A stretch of 64,000 nucleotides of DNA from Bdellovibrionales bacterium (GTDB lineage: Bacteria > Bdellovibrionota > Bdellovibrionia > Bdellovibrionales > UBA1609): the NCBI GenBank assembly GCA_965203095.1, contig OZ241877.1:1280001-1344000 (forward strand), written 5' to 3'. Both the position numbers and the translations under genes were made by a program. Of this stretch, positions 49,308 through 57,973 are shown piece by piece (the first letter of the stretch is position 1; each line of letters opens with the position of its first letter). Below the pieces are notes generated by a model. That model saw nothing but the letters and a program-made list of their open reading frames with translations, did no database searches and was not told where the DNA came from.

Positions 49308-50182
49308 TGAGCCTATTTCACAACACTTGGATTTTAAGTTTAACCATAGGAGCTATAGCTTTTGTGATTTTTTATTTGCAGTCCCATCGCATGCTGGTAT
49401 TTCTTTCTGAAAGAACATTAGGGACACAAGAAGAAATACTGAAAATCATGGACAAACTTTTAATCTCTCAAAACAAGAAAAAATTTAAACGAAATGGCTG
49501 GATCCTGTCCATTAGTTTAAGTTTAATTGTTTTTTTACTTTTGTGGCCCAATGTTATTGTTAGTGTTTTAGCGGGAGCTATAATGTTTATAGGCTCTTGG
49601 TATATGTTAAAAAAACTATTCCAAACCATGTGGAGTAGGCACTGTAATAAAGTGGTGGATCAGTTAGTGGAGGCTTTAACTATCATGTGCAATAGCCTAA
49701 AGGTGGGTTTGAGCTTGGGGCAAGCTATGGAGCGGGTGATTAAAGGCTACCCCGGCCCTTTAGCCAAAGAGTTTGGTTTAGTTTTAAATAAAATGCAGTT
49801 GGGGCAAAATTTAGAGGAATCCTTAGAAGAGATGGCAGAGAGGCTGAAAAAAACAGAGATCGACATGCTGGTAAGCACAGTCAATATTTTAAAAGAAACA
49901 GGAGGCAACTTGGCGGAAACTTTTTTCGTAATGTCAGAAACTTTAAGGGAAAGACAGAAAATGGAAAAAAAGATAAAAGCTTTAACCGCTCAGGGAATGA
50001 TGCAAGCCAAAATAATTTCCGCCATCCCTTTTTTGTTGATAGGCATGTTTTATGTAATGGATAGACCATACATTTCTCCACTGCTTTTTAAGCCTTTGGG
50101 CTGGGTCTGTTTGGCGGTGGTGTTCGCCTTGGTTTTGATTGGTGGTTTTTTAATGAAAAAAATGGTTGAAATTAAGGTTTAA
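49307..50182 (+). CDS. tadB: Tad inner-membrane protein TadB
   Basis: T2SS-F domain ETGGNLAE…KIKALTAQG. Confidence 0.9.
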   Translation: MSLFHNTWILSLTIGAIAFVIFYLQSHRMLVFLSERTLGTQEEILKIMDKLLISQNKKKFKRNGWILSISLSLIVFLLLWPNVIVSVLAGAIMFIGSWYMLKKLFQTMWSRHCNKVVDQLVEALTIMCNSLKVGLSLGQAMERVIKGYPGPLAKEFGLVLNKMQLGQNLEESLEEMAERLKKTEIDMLVSTVNILKETGGNLAETFFVMSETLRERQKMEKKIKALTAQGMMQAKIISAIPFLLIGMFYVMDRPYISPLLFKPLGWVCLAVVFALVLIGGFLMKKMVEIKV

Positions 50183-50247
50183 GACTTCACAAAGCCAATA
50201 TTCTTGTTGTAAAATGGCTTTGTTTTATAAAAGGGGGAGGTTTTTTT

Positions 50248-51909
50248 ATGAGGAACTCACTTTTTTTAATCATTCTTTTCCCTCTAATCAGTTGGGGGAT
50301 TGTGGATACCCGGAGTGCCGGATATTCCAAAGCTTTTGTGGATTTTAAATCCCAAGGGACAGGCTATCCTTTTGAAATTAAAAGAACTTACAATAGTCGA
50401 TCTCTTTACAACGGCCTTTTTGGCTTTGGTTGGTGTTCCAATTTAGAGACTCGGCTGAGTGTTCTGCCCGATAACAGCCTAAAGGTGACCGAATGTGGTG
50501 GGGGTATGGAGGTTTTATATCATCCTAAGGGCCAAGTTCCGGACATTGCCTCCCATGTCCAGCACATTTTAACTGAGTTGAAAAAACGAAAAATCAAAAT
50601 TTCAAAAGAAAAATTAAATGCACTTAAGAAAGACCTTTTAAGAAGTCAAAATTTAAGAAGTAGCTTTTTAGAAGATCTCGGCATTAAAGGCAAAGTCCGT
50701 TCCGGTGGGAAATACTATGCTAAAGGTCGTGTTAAGGAGTATATTGTTGTATCGGGGTCCGGCTATGTCCGCCATCTCCCTAATGGTTTGAAAGAGAGGT
50801 TTGATCGCCAGGGACGACTCATTTCGTCTTCTGGTTCCAAAGGGCGAGTGGAGATTTCATGGGGAAACAACAAAATTCAAGTTATGGACGAAAGGGGTCG
50901 CCGGCTCAGTTTTCATTTAGACAAAAAAAGCGGGAAAATTGAAAAGGCTCTATTCCAGGGAAAAGTTGTGGCAAGATACAATTACGAGGGTGAAAATTTA
51001 GTAAAAATCAAAAATAGCTATAATGAGGAGTTTTCGCACCGTTACGATAGCCTTCACAATTTAAGACAAACCACTTACCCGGACAACAGCACAGAGAAAT
51101 TAACTTATAATGTAAAAAAAGATTGGGTAGTGGGCTTTAAGGATCGGAGGGGTTGTGAAGAATCTTACGGCTATGGGGTGAACAAAAAAAATTCCAATCA
51201 TTATTGGGCTACAGTGGAGAAAAAATGTGGCACTCGCATTGTCAACAAAAGCAAGTATGAGTTTTGGCACAGAACTGGGCCTGAAGGGGGGAGATATCTT
51301 CATCGGGCAAGGGCCAAAACCAATGGTCGCCTAAAAACGGATGTGATCTATCACCCGGTTTTTGGAACTCCTGTATCCTTCTTCAAAAATGGAATGAGGA
51401 CGAAACGAAGTTATTATGCCAACGGCTTTTTAAAAGAGAAAGACAACAGGCTTCAAACTGTTAAGTATTCCAAATACCATCAAAAATGCCGGAAACCTGA
51501 ATGGCTTAAAGTGGCTTATAAAGGTCCCTCAGCTGATGGCAAGAAGATAAGAGTTGTTCGAAATGAAAATGTCCAGTTTGTGTTTAACAATAAATGCCTG
51601 CTCACTCAGGTTAAAAAATCCGATGATGAGTGGATTAAAGTGGGCCGTAATTCTAAAGGGCAAATTGTCTCTATGGAAGATCAATCCCGGAAAAAAGTCA
51701 CTTTGGCTTGGCACAAAGTATGGAATAAGCCTTCAGTGATTACCCGTGAGGGGATGGGATCTGTGCGTATTCAGTATGATAAAAATGGCAATGTGAGTGG
51801 TTTTAAAGGGCTGGCTAAGGGGCCTACCGTGATAGCACAGGTGACTTCTGTATTTAACAGTTTTTTAAGTGCTGTGGCACCTGTGGCTGGGGAGATGGCC
51901 ATATTGTAA
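50248..51909 (+). CDS. secreted RHS/YD-repeat protein (Bd0109-like)
   Basis: RTYNSRS…GLFGFGW N-terminal domain, YD repeats, no RHS core or toxin tip; follows tadB. Confidence 0.8.
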   Translation: MRNSLFLIILFPLISWGIVDTRSAGYSKAFVDFKSQGTGYPFEIKRTYNSRSLYNGLFGFGWCSNLETRLSVLPDNSLKVTECGGGMEVLYHPKGQVPDIASHVQHILTELKKRKIKISKEKLNALKKDLLRSQNLRSSFLEDLGIKGKVRSGGKYYAKGRVKEYIVVSGSGYVRHLPNGLKERFDRQGRLISSSGSKGRVEISWGNNKIQVMDERGRRLSFHLDKKSGKIEKALFQGKVVARYNYEGENLVKIKNSYNEEFSHRYDSLHNLRQTTYPDNSTEKLTYNVKKDWVVGFKDRRGCEESYGYGVNKKNSNHYWATVEKKCGTRIVNKSKYEFWHRTGPEGGRYLHRARAKTNGRLKTDVIYHPVFGTPVSFFKNGMRTKRSYYANGFLKEKDNRLQTVKYSKYHQKCRKPEWLKVAYKGPSADGKKIRVVRNENVQFVFNNKCLLTQVKKSDDEWIKVGRNSKGQIVSMEDQSRKKVTLAWHKVWNKPSVITREGMGSVRIQYDKNGNVSGFKGLAKGPTVIAQVTSVFNSFLSAVAPVAGEMAIL

Positions 51910-51991
51910 AAAGTAATCATCCTTGCGAAAGCAGGAATCCAGTAATGAGCCACATTGTAGGAGTTGTTATTTTAAAAAAGTGAGTAATGTA

Positions 51992-52285
51992 ATGAAAAGC
52001 ATATTGGTTTTTGGTTTTTTCCTTATTTCTCCTATTTGTTGGGGGGAAGGAGATTTTAAAGGGGTAGAAGTGACGGATGAAAGCTCTACCGAAGCCGGGC
52101 TAAATGATCCGCTACAATCCGGAGAATTTTGTTGTGATAGGGAGCACACTGGTGGTTGGGCACAGGAAATGTCCCCACAGGAAAGCCAAAAAATTGTTCG
52201 ACAAGTTTTAAATACTGTTCCTCGGCCAGCTACCCGGCCCTCTACTCGAAAAAGAGGCACTGGCCCTTCTTCCGGCCAAAGATAA
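51992..52285 (+). CDS. small secreted, likely disordered protein (positional Bd0108/hit analogue)
   Basis: 97 aa from the ATG at 51992: signal peptide, central CC, low-complexity tail; directly after the RHS gene. Confidence 0.55.
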   Translation: MKSILVFGFFLISPICWGEGDFKGVEVTDESSTEAGLNDPLQSGEFCCDREHTGGWAQEMSPQESQKIVRQVLNTVPRPATRPSTRKRGTGPSSGQR

Positions 52286-52303
52286 TTCCCTCAACCTTAA
52301 CCC

Positions 52304-53113
52304 TTAGATCCGAAGGCTGAGCCAGATGGCTTGTTGGTAAGCTCTTTGATCTTTTTGAATGCTGTATTCTAAAGAGAGTTTAGGGCTGAAAAAGGCCAAG
52401 CCTCCGGAGATAATGCCCTCTTGATCTTTGTTTCGCCAAAGCCCACCTAACCGGACAGAAAGAAAGGATCGAAAAGAGCTTTCCAGCCCGCCCTTAAAAA
52501 TCCAACTCTGATGAGCTGTTTTAGAAACATCTAAATAGGTTGAAAAAAAATTTTTCCAATCATAATAAAAAGCCAGAGATAATGCTCTTTGATTTTTGTT
52601 TTCTTTTTTGAGGATAGGGCTAAAAAGCAAAGATAAACTCAGCTCCCCCATCCGCAAAACAGAACCTAAGGCTCCGTTCCATTCAGAAGGTTTTAAACCT
52701 TTCTCCACAGTTAGGCCAAGGGATAAATAAGGGAGAACTTTAAACCCGGAGCTGAAGAGCATTTTGTCCCTATCTCTTTTTTTAAAAGAGTCAGACCAAG
52801 CTCTTTGATAGCTGATAGCTACAGGAATTTTGGTTTGATTGTCCAACAAAGACAGCAAAGCCAGTTTTTTGTTTTTTTTAAAAGAGTAGGCTAAAGCCCC
52901 TTTGCTTTGTTGTTGAAAGCCAATAGTTGCCGGATTGATAAGGTAGGAAAAATCTTCTTTTAAAGAGGCCCCTCCTGCCCCCGCTCGCCCTAAGAAAACC
53001 GGAGAGGAAAGCTCCTCCGCATAGCCACTCATAGAGCTGATAAAAAGCCAGAAGATGAATATAAGTTTTTTTTGGGGATCCACAATATCTCGTTTCTCAA
53101 TAGTTATACCCAT
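52304..53113 (-). CDS. hypothetical outer-membrane beta-barrel-like protein
   Basis: GRAGAG…NPA N-terminus and alternating strands. Start uncertain because the annotated ATG lies in a repeat end. Confidence 0.6.
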   Translation of the reverse strand: MGITIEKRDIVDPQKKLIFIFWLFISSMSGYAEELSSPVFLGRAGAGGASLKEDFSYLINPATIGFQQQSKGALAYSFKKNKKLALLSLLDNQTKIPVAISYQRAWSDSFKKRDRDKMLFSSGFKVLPYLSLGLTVEKGLKPSEWNGALGSVLRMGELSLSLLFSPILKKENKNQRALSLAFYYDWKNFFSTYLDVSKTAHQSWIFKGGLESSFRSFLSVRLGGLWRNKDQEGIISGGLAFFSPKLSLEYSIQKDQRAYQQAIWLSLRI

Positions 53114-53229
53114 TTTGTTTTGAAAATTCCTGCCCTTTCTACTCTGTTTTGAACTGTATCAGCCCAAAACCGTTAAAAACACAATGGGAATTTGTGGAAT
53201 AATAACTTAAAAGAGATGACTTGTCTATA
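53105..53229 (+). mobile_element. MITE-like repeat
   Basis: TATACCCATTTTGTTTTGAAAATTCCTGCCCTTTCTACTCTGTTTTGA, similar to 57563 and the reverse complement of 30100. Right end uncertain. Confidence 0.5.
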
Positions 53230-53255
53230 TTCGAACCAGTCATTCCTGTAAGTTT

Positions 53256-54716
53256 TCAGTCATCTCTTCTGATGCAAACGGACAGATAGGGTGGGCATAG
53301 TTTATAAAATTTTTCGTCAGCAACATTTTGAATATCATTTGGATGGGAGGTGCAGTCATCTTGTTTCTCTGGGTCATATTCAAACCGTGGCATCATATCG
53401 GCTGTTCCAATAATATGAGAGATTGTATGACATTGATTATCATTTGGGACGACACAGAGTTGATTGGTGGATTTACCAGGCACTACTACTGTTCCTACTT
53501 TAAGAGGCCAACTGCTTCTCTGGAATGTTTTATCAAAAACCCATCTAATGTTACCAGGGAGGTCTCTTGGGTTTTTGATGTGACAATAACCTTCTTCTGC
53601 TATTTCAAGGTTGCTTTGACTTATCACTTCTGCTTGTTTAAACCGAGGGTTCCCGGCAGAGTCAGGACGCATCATTTTGTTAAAAGGGTTATCCTCAAAA
53701 CTTTTAGAACGAAGAATCATAAATCGGAAGTCATCCCGGCACTCCCAAGCTCCTTGAGATTCAGTAGTGGCCAGATCTTCTTCGTGAATATCCACTAAAT
53801 AGTCACCTTTATAGGGGTCATTGAATTGTAGTTTGTAGCCTCTTCCATAAGGTCGTCGTTCTCCAGAGTATATTGTTTTTCCATTTAAGACATATTTTAG
53901 AGCCAGAAGGTAGTCTCCTATACTGCTTTTTTCCAGTTGTAAAGCCCTCCTCCGCAATTCCCAACCACTTGGGTAGGGCAGGAAGGCCTGCCATATTCCA
54001 CCACCTTGAGTTTGGTCTCTGTGTGTACTTCTTGTGGTGAACACTCCTTCTGGGTATGCCCTGCTGAGGTTCTCTAAAGTGTTTGGGTTGGACAAAATTG
54101 GAAACCAGCTAAAAATATCCCTCCTTATTTTTACCGTGCGAGACGGATCAGTTTCATCCTGTAGTCCTATACGAACCACAGTGTTTTTAAAAGGGGATCG
54201 GTTGAGCTTTTCCAGGATTTCCCCAGGCTTACTATCATCCGATAAATTGTTGTTGCTTATAAAATCTCTGTTCAGTGTGAGGCCCTTCTGGTGAACAGCA
54301 GAAACTTCTAAAGTCCAATGTTTACCGTCGACCAACCGCCATAGGCCATAGCAAGTTGCCACTGATATTTTGTCTATTACTAAGTCATAAGGCAAATCAC
54401 TTTTGCTTCGAGCAGTGATAGCTCCTGCTGAGCTACTATAAGCCCCGCCCACTCCGGAGGGGTAGCCATTAGAACCACCTGCACCTACTGGACCGCCAGC
54501 CCCAGCATTGCCTGCCGAGTTATTGGAAAGGCCATTATTATTTCCTAAAGCATTATTACCGTAAGGATTATTGCCTCGGTTTTGAGCATTACTGCCGTAA
54601 TAGTTACCGTTATTGTAGGGGGAACTCCTTGAGGGAAAAGTGGAAGGGCCGAACGAGCAGGCCGGAAATAATAAAGGTCCACTCAGTAGGAATATAGAAA
54701 TTTTAATGTTTCTCAT
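53256..54716 (-). CDS. lipoprotein with Asn/Gly-rich N-terminus
   Basis: Start reassigned to 54716 (MRNIKISIFLLSGPLLFPAC, lipobox-like Cys), 7 nt after a FliA-type -10. Confidence 0.7.
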   Translation of the reverse strand: MRNIKISIFLLSGPLLFPACSFGPSTFPSRSSPYNNGNYYGSNAQNRGNNPYGNNALGNNNGLSNNSAGNAGAGGPVGAGGSNGYPSGVGGAYSSSAGAITARSKSDLPYDLVIDKISVATCYGLWRLVDGKHWTLEVSAVHQKGLTLNRDFISNNNLSDDSKPGEILEKLNRSPFKNTVVRIGLQDETDPSRTVKIRRDIFSWFPILSNPNTLENLSRAYPEGVFTTRSTHRDQTQGGGIWQAFLPYPSGWELRRRALQLEKSSIGDYLLALKYVLNGKTIYSGERRPYGRGYKLQFNDPYKGDYLVDIHEEDLATTESQGAWECRDDFRFMILRSKSFEDNPFNKMMRPDSAGNPRFKQAEVISQSNLEIAEEGYCHIKNPRDLPGNIRWVFDKTFQRSSWPLKVGTVVVPGKSTNQLCVVPNDNQCHTISHIIGTADMMPRFEYDPEKQDDCTSHPNDIQNVADEKFYKLCPPYLSVCIRRDD

Positions 54717-54723
54717 ATAAGGA

Positions 54724-54751
54724 ATATCGGCAGGTTGGAGCCATTTCTTTA
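54724..54751 (-). promoter_or_regulatory. FliA (sigma28)-like promoter
   Basis: TAAAG-N15-GCCGATAT. Confidence 0.7.
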
Positions 54752-54811
54752 GAGTTTTTTTGAGCATATCGAGAAAAAATTTGCTAAAATGCCTCAAAAA
54801 GCCCATATACT

Positions 54812-56782
54812 ATGTTTTTTTATTTCAAAATCGCCACTAAAGCCCCTTTATTCAAAAATCTGACCTACAAATTTACAAAAGATCTGGATATAGGACAAAG
54901 GGTTAAAGTCCCCTTAGGCCAAAGAGTGGTTAATGCTTTGGTTGTTGAAAAGCTCCCCAGCCCGCCCTCTTCAAAAAGGCTGATAAAAGAGGTTTTAGAA
55001 GTAGACGAAGGCTCTCCCCCTCTTGGCTGGCACAGGGTCCAGTGGCTGAAATGGATGAGCAATTACTATCATTATTCTTTAGGGATGGTTGCTGATATGT
55101 GCTTTCTCCCTCAAAAAAAGTTTAAAAAAACAGTCCCTCTACAAAAAGCAGATGCTATTTTATTAAATAAAAGAAAAGCCTTTATAAATTTAAACCCTGA
55201 ACAAAGCCTTTGCTTGGCACAAATTGAGAAAAGCACTGGTTTTAAAGTCCATTTAATTCATGGGGTGACGGGTAGTGGCAAAACCGAAATTTATAAAGAG
55301 CTGATTTACAGCACATTGAACCGAGGTCAGCAGGCTTTGGTTTTGCTTCCAGAAATATTTTTAACACCTCAAATCCTGCAAAGGCTTTCCGAAAGCTTTT
55401 CCGGGCAAATTGCCCTTTTGCACTCACAAATTACTACCCGGCAAAAAAAATCAGCCTGGCAATCCCTGCTTTCTGCCAAAAAAAATCTTTTGGTGGGCAC
55501 TCGATCGGCTCTGTTTTGCCCTTTGCCACACCTTGGGCTTATAATTATAGATGAAGAGCATGATTCCAGTTTTAAGCAGGAAGAGAAGTTTCGCTATCAT
55601 GCCAGGGACTCGGCCAGTGTTTTGGCTAAGGAGTTAGGCATTCCCCTTGTTTTAGGCTCGGCCACTCCTGATTTTTCCTCCTATCAAAAAGCTTTGAGTA
55701 AAAAATACCAACTCCATGAGCTAAAAAAACGAGCCCTCACACAAAACTTGCCCTCTGTAACCGTGGTGGATCTGAAACAAAGATCAACAGGGAATCGGCC
55801 TTTTTGGTTGAGTGATACCCTGTTTGAAAAAATGAACCAAACATTGCAAAGGGGCCAGCAGGTGGCTTTATTTTTGAACCGAAGGGGGCAGGCCAGGGCC
55901 TTAATTTGCCCGCAATGTGGCCACACTCAAAAGTGTTTGAACTGTGACATCAGCTTGACCCTGCATCAGGAAATCTATTTGCTTTGCCATTATTGCTCTT
56001 ATATGGAGCAAAAAGCCTCTCACTGCCCCTCTTGCAAAGGCTCTCGTTGGTTAGAGCGAGGGATAGGCACACAAAAGGCACAAAAAGAGTTGGAACGGCT
56101 TTTCCCTCAATTTAAAACTTTTCGGGTGGATAGAGACAACATTCAATCCAAAGAGGATATGGAGAATTTTATTAAAATTATGGAAAAGGAAGAGGCTCAA
56201 ATCATCTTAGGCACTCAAATGCTTTCTAAGGGGCTTAACTTTCCCTCTATTTATTTAGTGGGTTTGATTTTAGCGGATATGGATTTTCATTTTCCGGATT
56301 TTAGAGCTGAGGAGCGAACCTTCCAAACCCTGCTCCAGATGGCGGGCCGGGCGGGGCGGATGGCTAAGGGAGAGGTGGTGCTTCAAACCTTTAACCCCAA
56401 GCATGCCAGCATTTTTTTTGCTAAAAATCATGATTATAAAGGTTTTTTTTATGAAGGAATCCAAAGCCGGAAAAAATGGCTTTACCCACCTTTTGCTCGC
56501 CTTTGCCTTTTAAAAATGGACAGCTTAAAGGAGAACGCGGGGAGGGAGCTATCTGAAGACATAGCCAACAAAGCCAAAAAACTTGCGGGAAGGGGAATAG
56601 TGGTTTTAGGCCCCAGTCCGGCCCCTTTGAGCAAGATCAAAAATCGCTATCGTTTTCAAATTTTAATTAAAGGCTTAAGCCATAAGCTTTTATCTGATTT
56701 TTTAAAAACTCTTTGGCCTCAAATTAAGAAGAAGTCTTTTGTTCAATTTAAGGTGGATCGAGATCCCCTCTCTATGCTTTAA
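54812..56782 (+). CDS. priA: primosomal protein N'
   Basis: GVTGSGKTE, DEEH, Cys-rich Zn region, QMAGRAGR, GPSPAP. Confidence 0.96.
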   Translation: MFFYFKIATKAPLFKNLTYKFTKDLDIGQRVKVPLGQRVVNALVVEKLPSPPSSKRLIKEVLEVDEGSPPLGWHRVQWLKWMSNYYHYSLGMVADMCFLPQKKFKKTVPLQKADAILLNKRKAFINLNPEQSLCLAQIEKSTGFKVHLIHGVTGSGKTEIYKELIYSTLNRGQQALVLLPEIFLTPQILQRLSESFSGQIALLHSQITTRQKKSAWQSLLSAKKNLLVGTRSALFCPLPHLGLIIIDEEHDSSFKQEEKFRYHARDSASVLAKELGIPLVLGSATPDFSSYQKALSKKYQLHELKKRALTQNLPSVTVVDLKQRSTGNRPFWLSDTLFEKMNQTLQRGQQVALFLNRRGQARALICPQCGHTQKCLNCDISLTLHQEIYLLCHYCSYMEQKASHCPSCKGSRWLERGIGTQKAQKELERLFPQFKTFRVDRDNIQSKEDMENFIKIMEKEEAQIILGTQMLSKGLNFPSIYLVGLILADMDFHFPDFRAEERTFQTLLQMAGRAGRMAKGEVVLQTFNPKHASIFFAKNHDYKGFFYEGIQSRKKWLYPPFARLCLLKMDSLKENAGRELSEDIANKAKKLAGRGIVVLGPSPAPLSKIKNRYRFQILIKGLSHKLLSDFLKTLWPQIKKKSFVQFKVDRDPLSML

Positions 56783-56789
56783 GAAGCAT

Positions 56790-57524
56790 TTAAAACCGAT
56801 CTCTTAGCTTTCTGATTTTAGCCAATTCTGCTGGGGACTGGGCCTCAAAAAAGGGGTTGGTTAAAAGCTCCTCTTCTAAACGAAAGGGCACAGTGGGCTG
56901 GCCCTGTTTTCTTAAAGCAGATATTTTTTTAAATCTTTTGTTCAGCTCCAAGTGAGAAGGATTCAGGCTTAAGGCAAAATGGGCGTTTTTCAAGCTGTAT
57001 TCATGAGCACAATAGATTTGGCTGTCCTGAGGTAGTTTTTTTATCTTGTTTAGGCTGGAGAACATTTGCTCTGGAGATCCCTCAAAAAGCCTCCCGCAAC
57101 CCATGGCAAAAACCGTGTCCCCACAAAATAAAATTTTATTCTCTTTATTCCAAAAAGCAATATGCCCCAAGGTATGGCCAGGGACAAATAAAACATCAAA
57201 CCGCAAAGCCCCTACAGATAAACTATCCCCTTCCTCTAAGGCAAAGTCTATACCGGGGATCCGGTCCTGATCTCCTTTAAAACCGTAAATGGGGCAACTC
57301 CAAAATTCTTTTAGCTTTAAATTCCCCCCTGTGTGATCAAAATGATGGTGGGTAGTTAAAATACAGTTTAATTTTAAGTTTTGTTTTTTTAAAAAACTTT
57401 GAACAGCCTCTGCGGAACCGGGGTCAATTACAGCTGTTTTATTGCCAGTAGATTCATGAAGAATATAAATGTAATTGTCTTCCCATATTGGAATTTGATG
57501 GATTTTAAAGCTCATAAGGCTCAA
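56790..57524 (-). CDS. gloB: hydroxyacylglutathione hydrolase
   Basis: THHHFDH, GHTLGH, GDTVF..GCGR, CAHEY, TNPF. Confidence 0.95.
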   Translation of the reverse strand: MSLMSFKIHQIPIWEDNYIYILHESTGNKTAVIDPGSAEAVQSFLKKQNLKLNCILTTHHHFDHTGGNLKLKEFWSCPIYGFKGDQDRIPGIDFALEEGDSLSVGALRFDVLFVPGHTLGHIAFWNKENKILFCGDTVFAMGCGRLFEGSPEQMFSSLNKIKKLPQDSQIYCAHEYSLKNAHFALSLNPSHLELNKRFKKISALRKQGQPTVPFRLEEELLTNPFFEAQSPAELAKIRKLRDRF

Positions 57525-57562
57525 TCTAAAAATTTAAGAGCATTTTAAGAGAGACCTCATTT

Positions 57563-57680
57563 TATACTGATTTTGTTTGAAAATTCCTGCTCCCTCTACT
57601 CTGTTTTGACCGGAAATCTTAACTGTAATCATTATAACAGAGAATCAACATAAAAAACAACTTTTTTTTGGTTCATGACT
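57563..57680 (+). mobile_element. MITE-like repeat with an IS630-type end
   Basis: TATACTGATTTTGTTTGAAAATTCC…CTACTCTGTTTTGACCGGAAA; resembles the IS630 right TIR and the 29990-30100 element. Confidence 0.6.
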
Positions 57681-57729
57681 TCGCTGACAGAATTGAGTTG
57701 AGTTTCTTTATCCAAAGGCGACTAAATAA

Positions 57730-57916
57730 TTGCCCGTGAAAAAACTCTATAATTTACGAGGGACTCTTCAGTTTCTTTGCCTAAAGGTCCGTCCCATTTC
57801 GAGACGGCAATACCTTGGACCCTCATGGAACGGCCCTTTAGGCAAAAGTCATTGAAAAGCCTGCCCCTGTAAAAGCAGGGAATGAGAGAGGCTTACTGAG
57901 GATTTTTCACAGGCGA
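57730..57916. repeat. about 190-nt nested inverted-repeat element (MITE or structured RNA)
   Basis: Terminal IR ttgcccgtgaaaaaactc / gaggatttttcacaggcga; inner 22-bp IR tttgcctaaaggtccgtcccat / atggaacggccctttaggcaaa. Confidence 0.6.
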
Positions 57917-57973
57917 CTAATAGGGAGTCTAAACTTTTGACCTGTTAATAAGCCTCAAAAAAATCAAGTTTTT

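Noticed and set aside
50248..52285. RHS polymorphic toxin-immunity pair
   Set aside because: No RHS core/DPxG cleavage motif or toxin tip; the downstream ORF is secreted, and synteny matches the Tad-associated locus.
54717..54806. N-terminal extension of the 516-aa ORF (and likewise 63126-63233 of the 118-aa ORF)
   Set aside because: These stretches contain the promoters; signal/TM sequences begin at the downstream ATGs.
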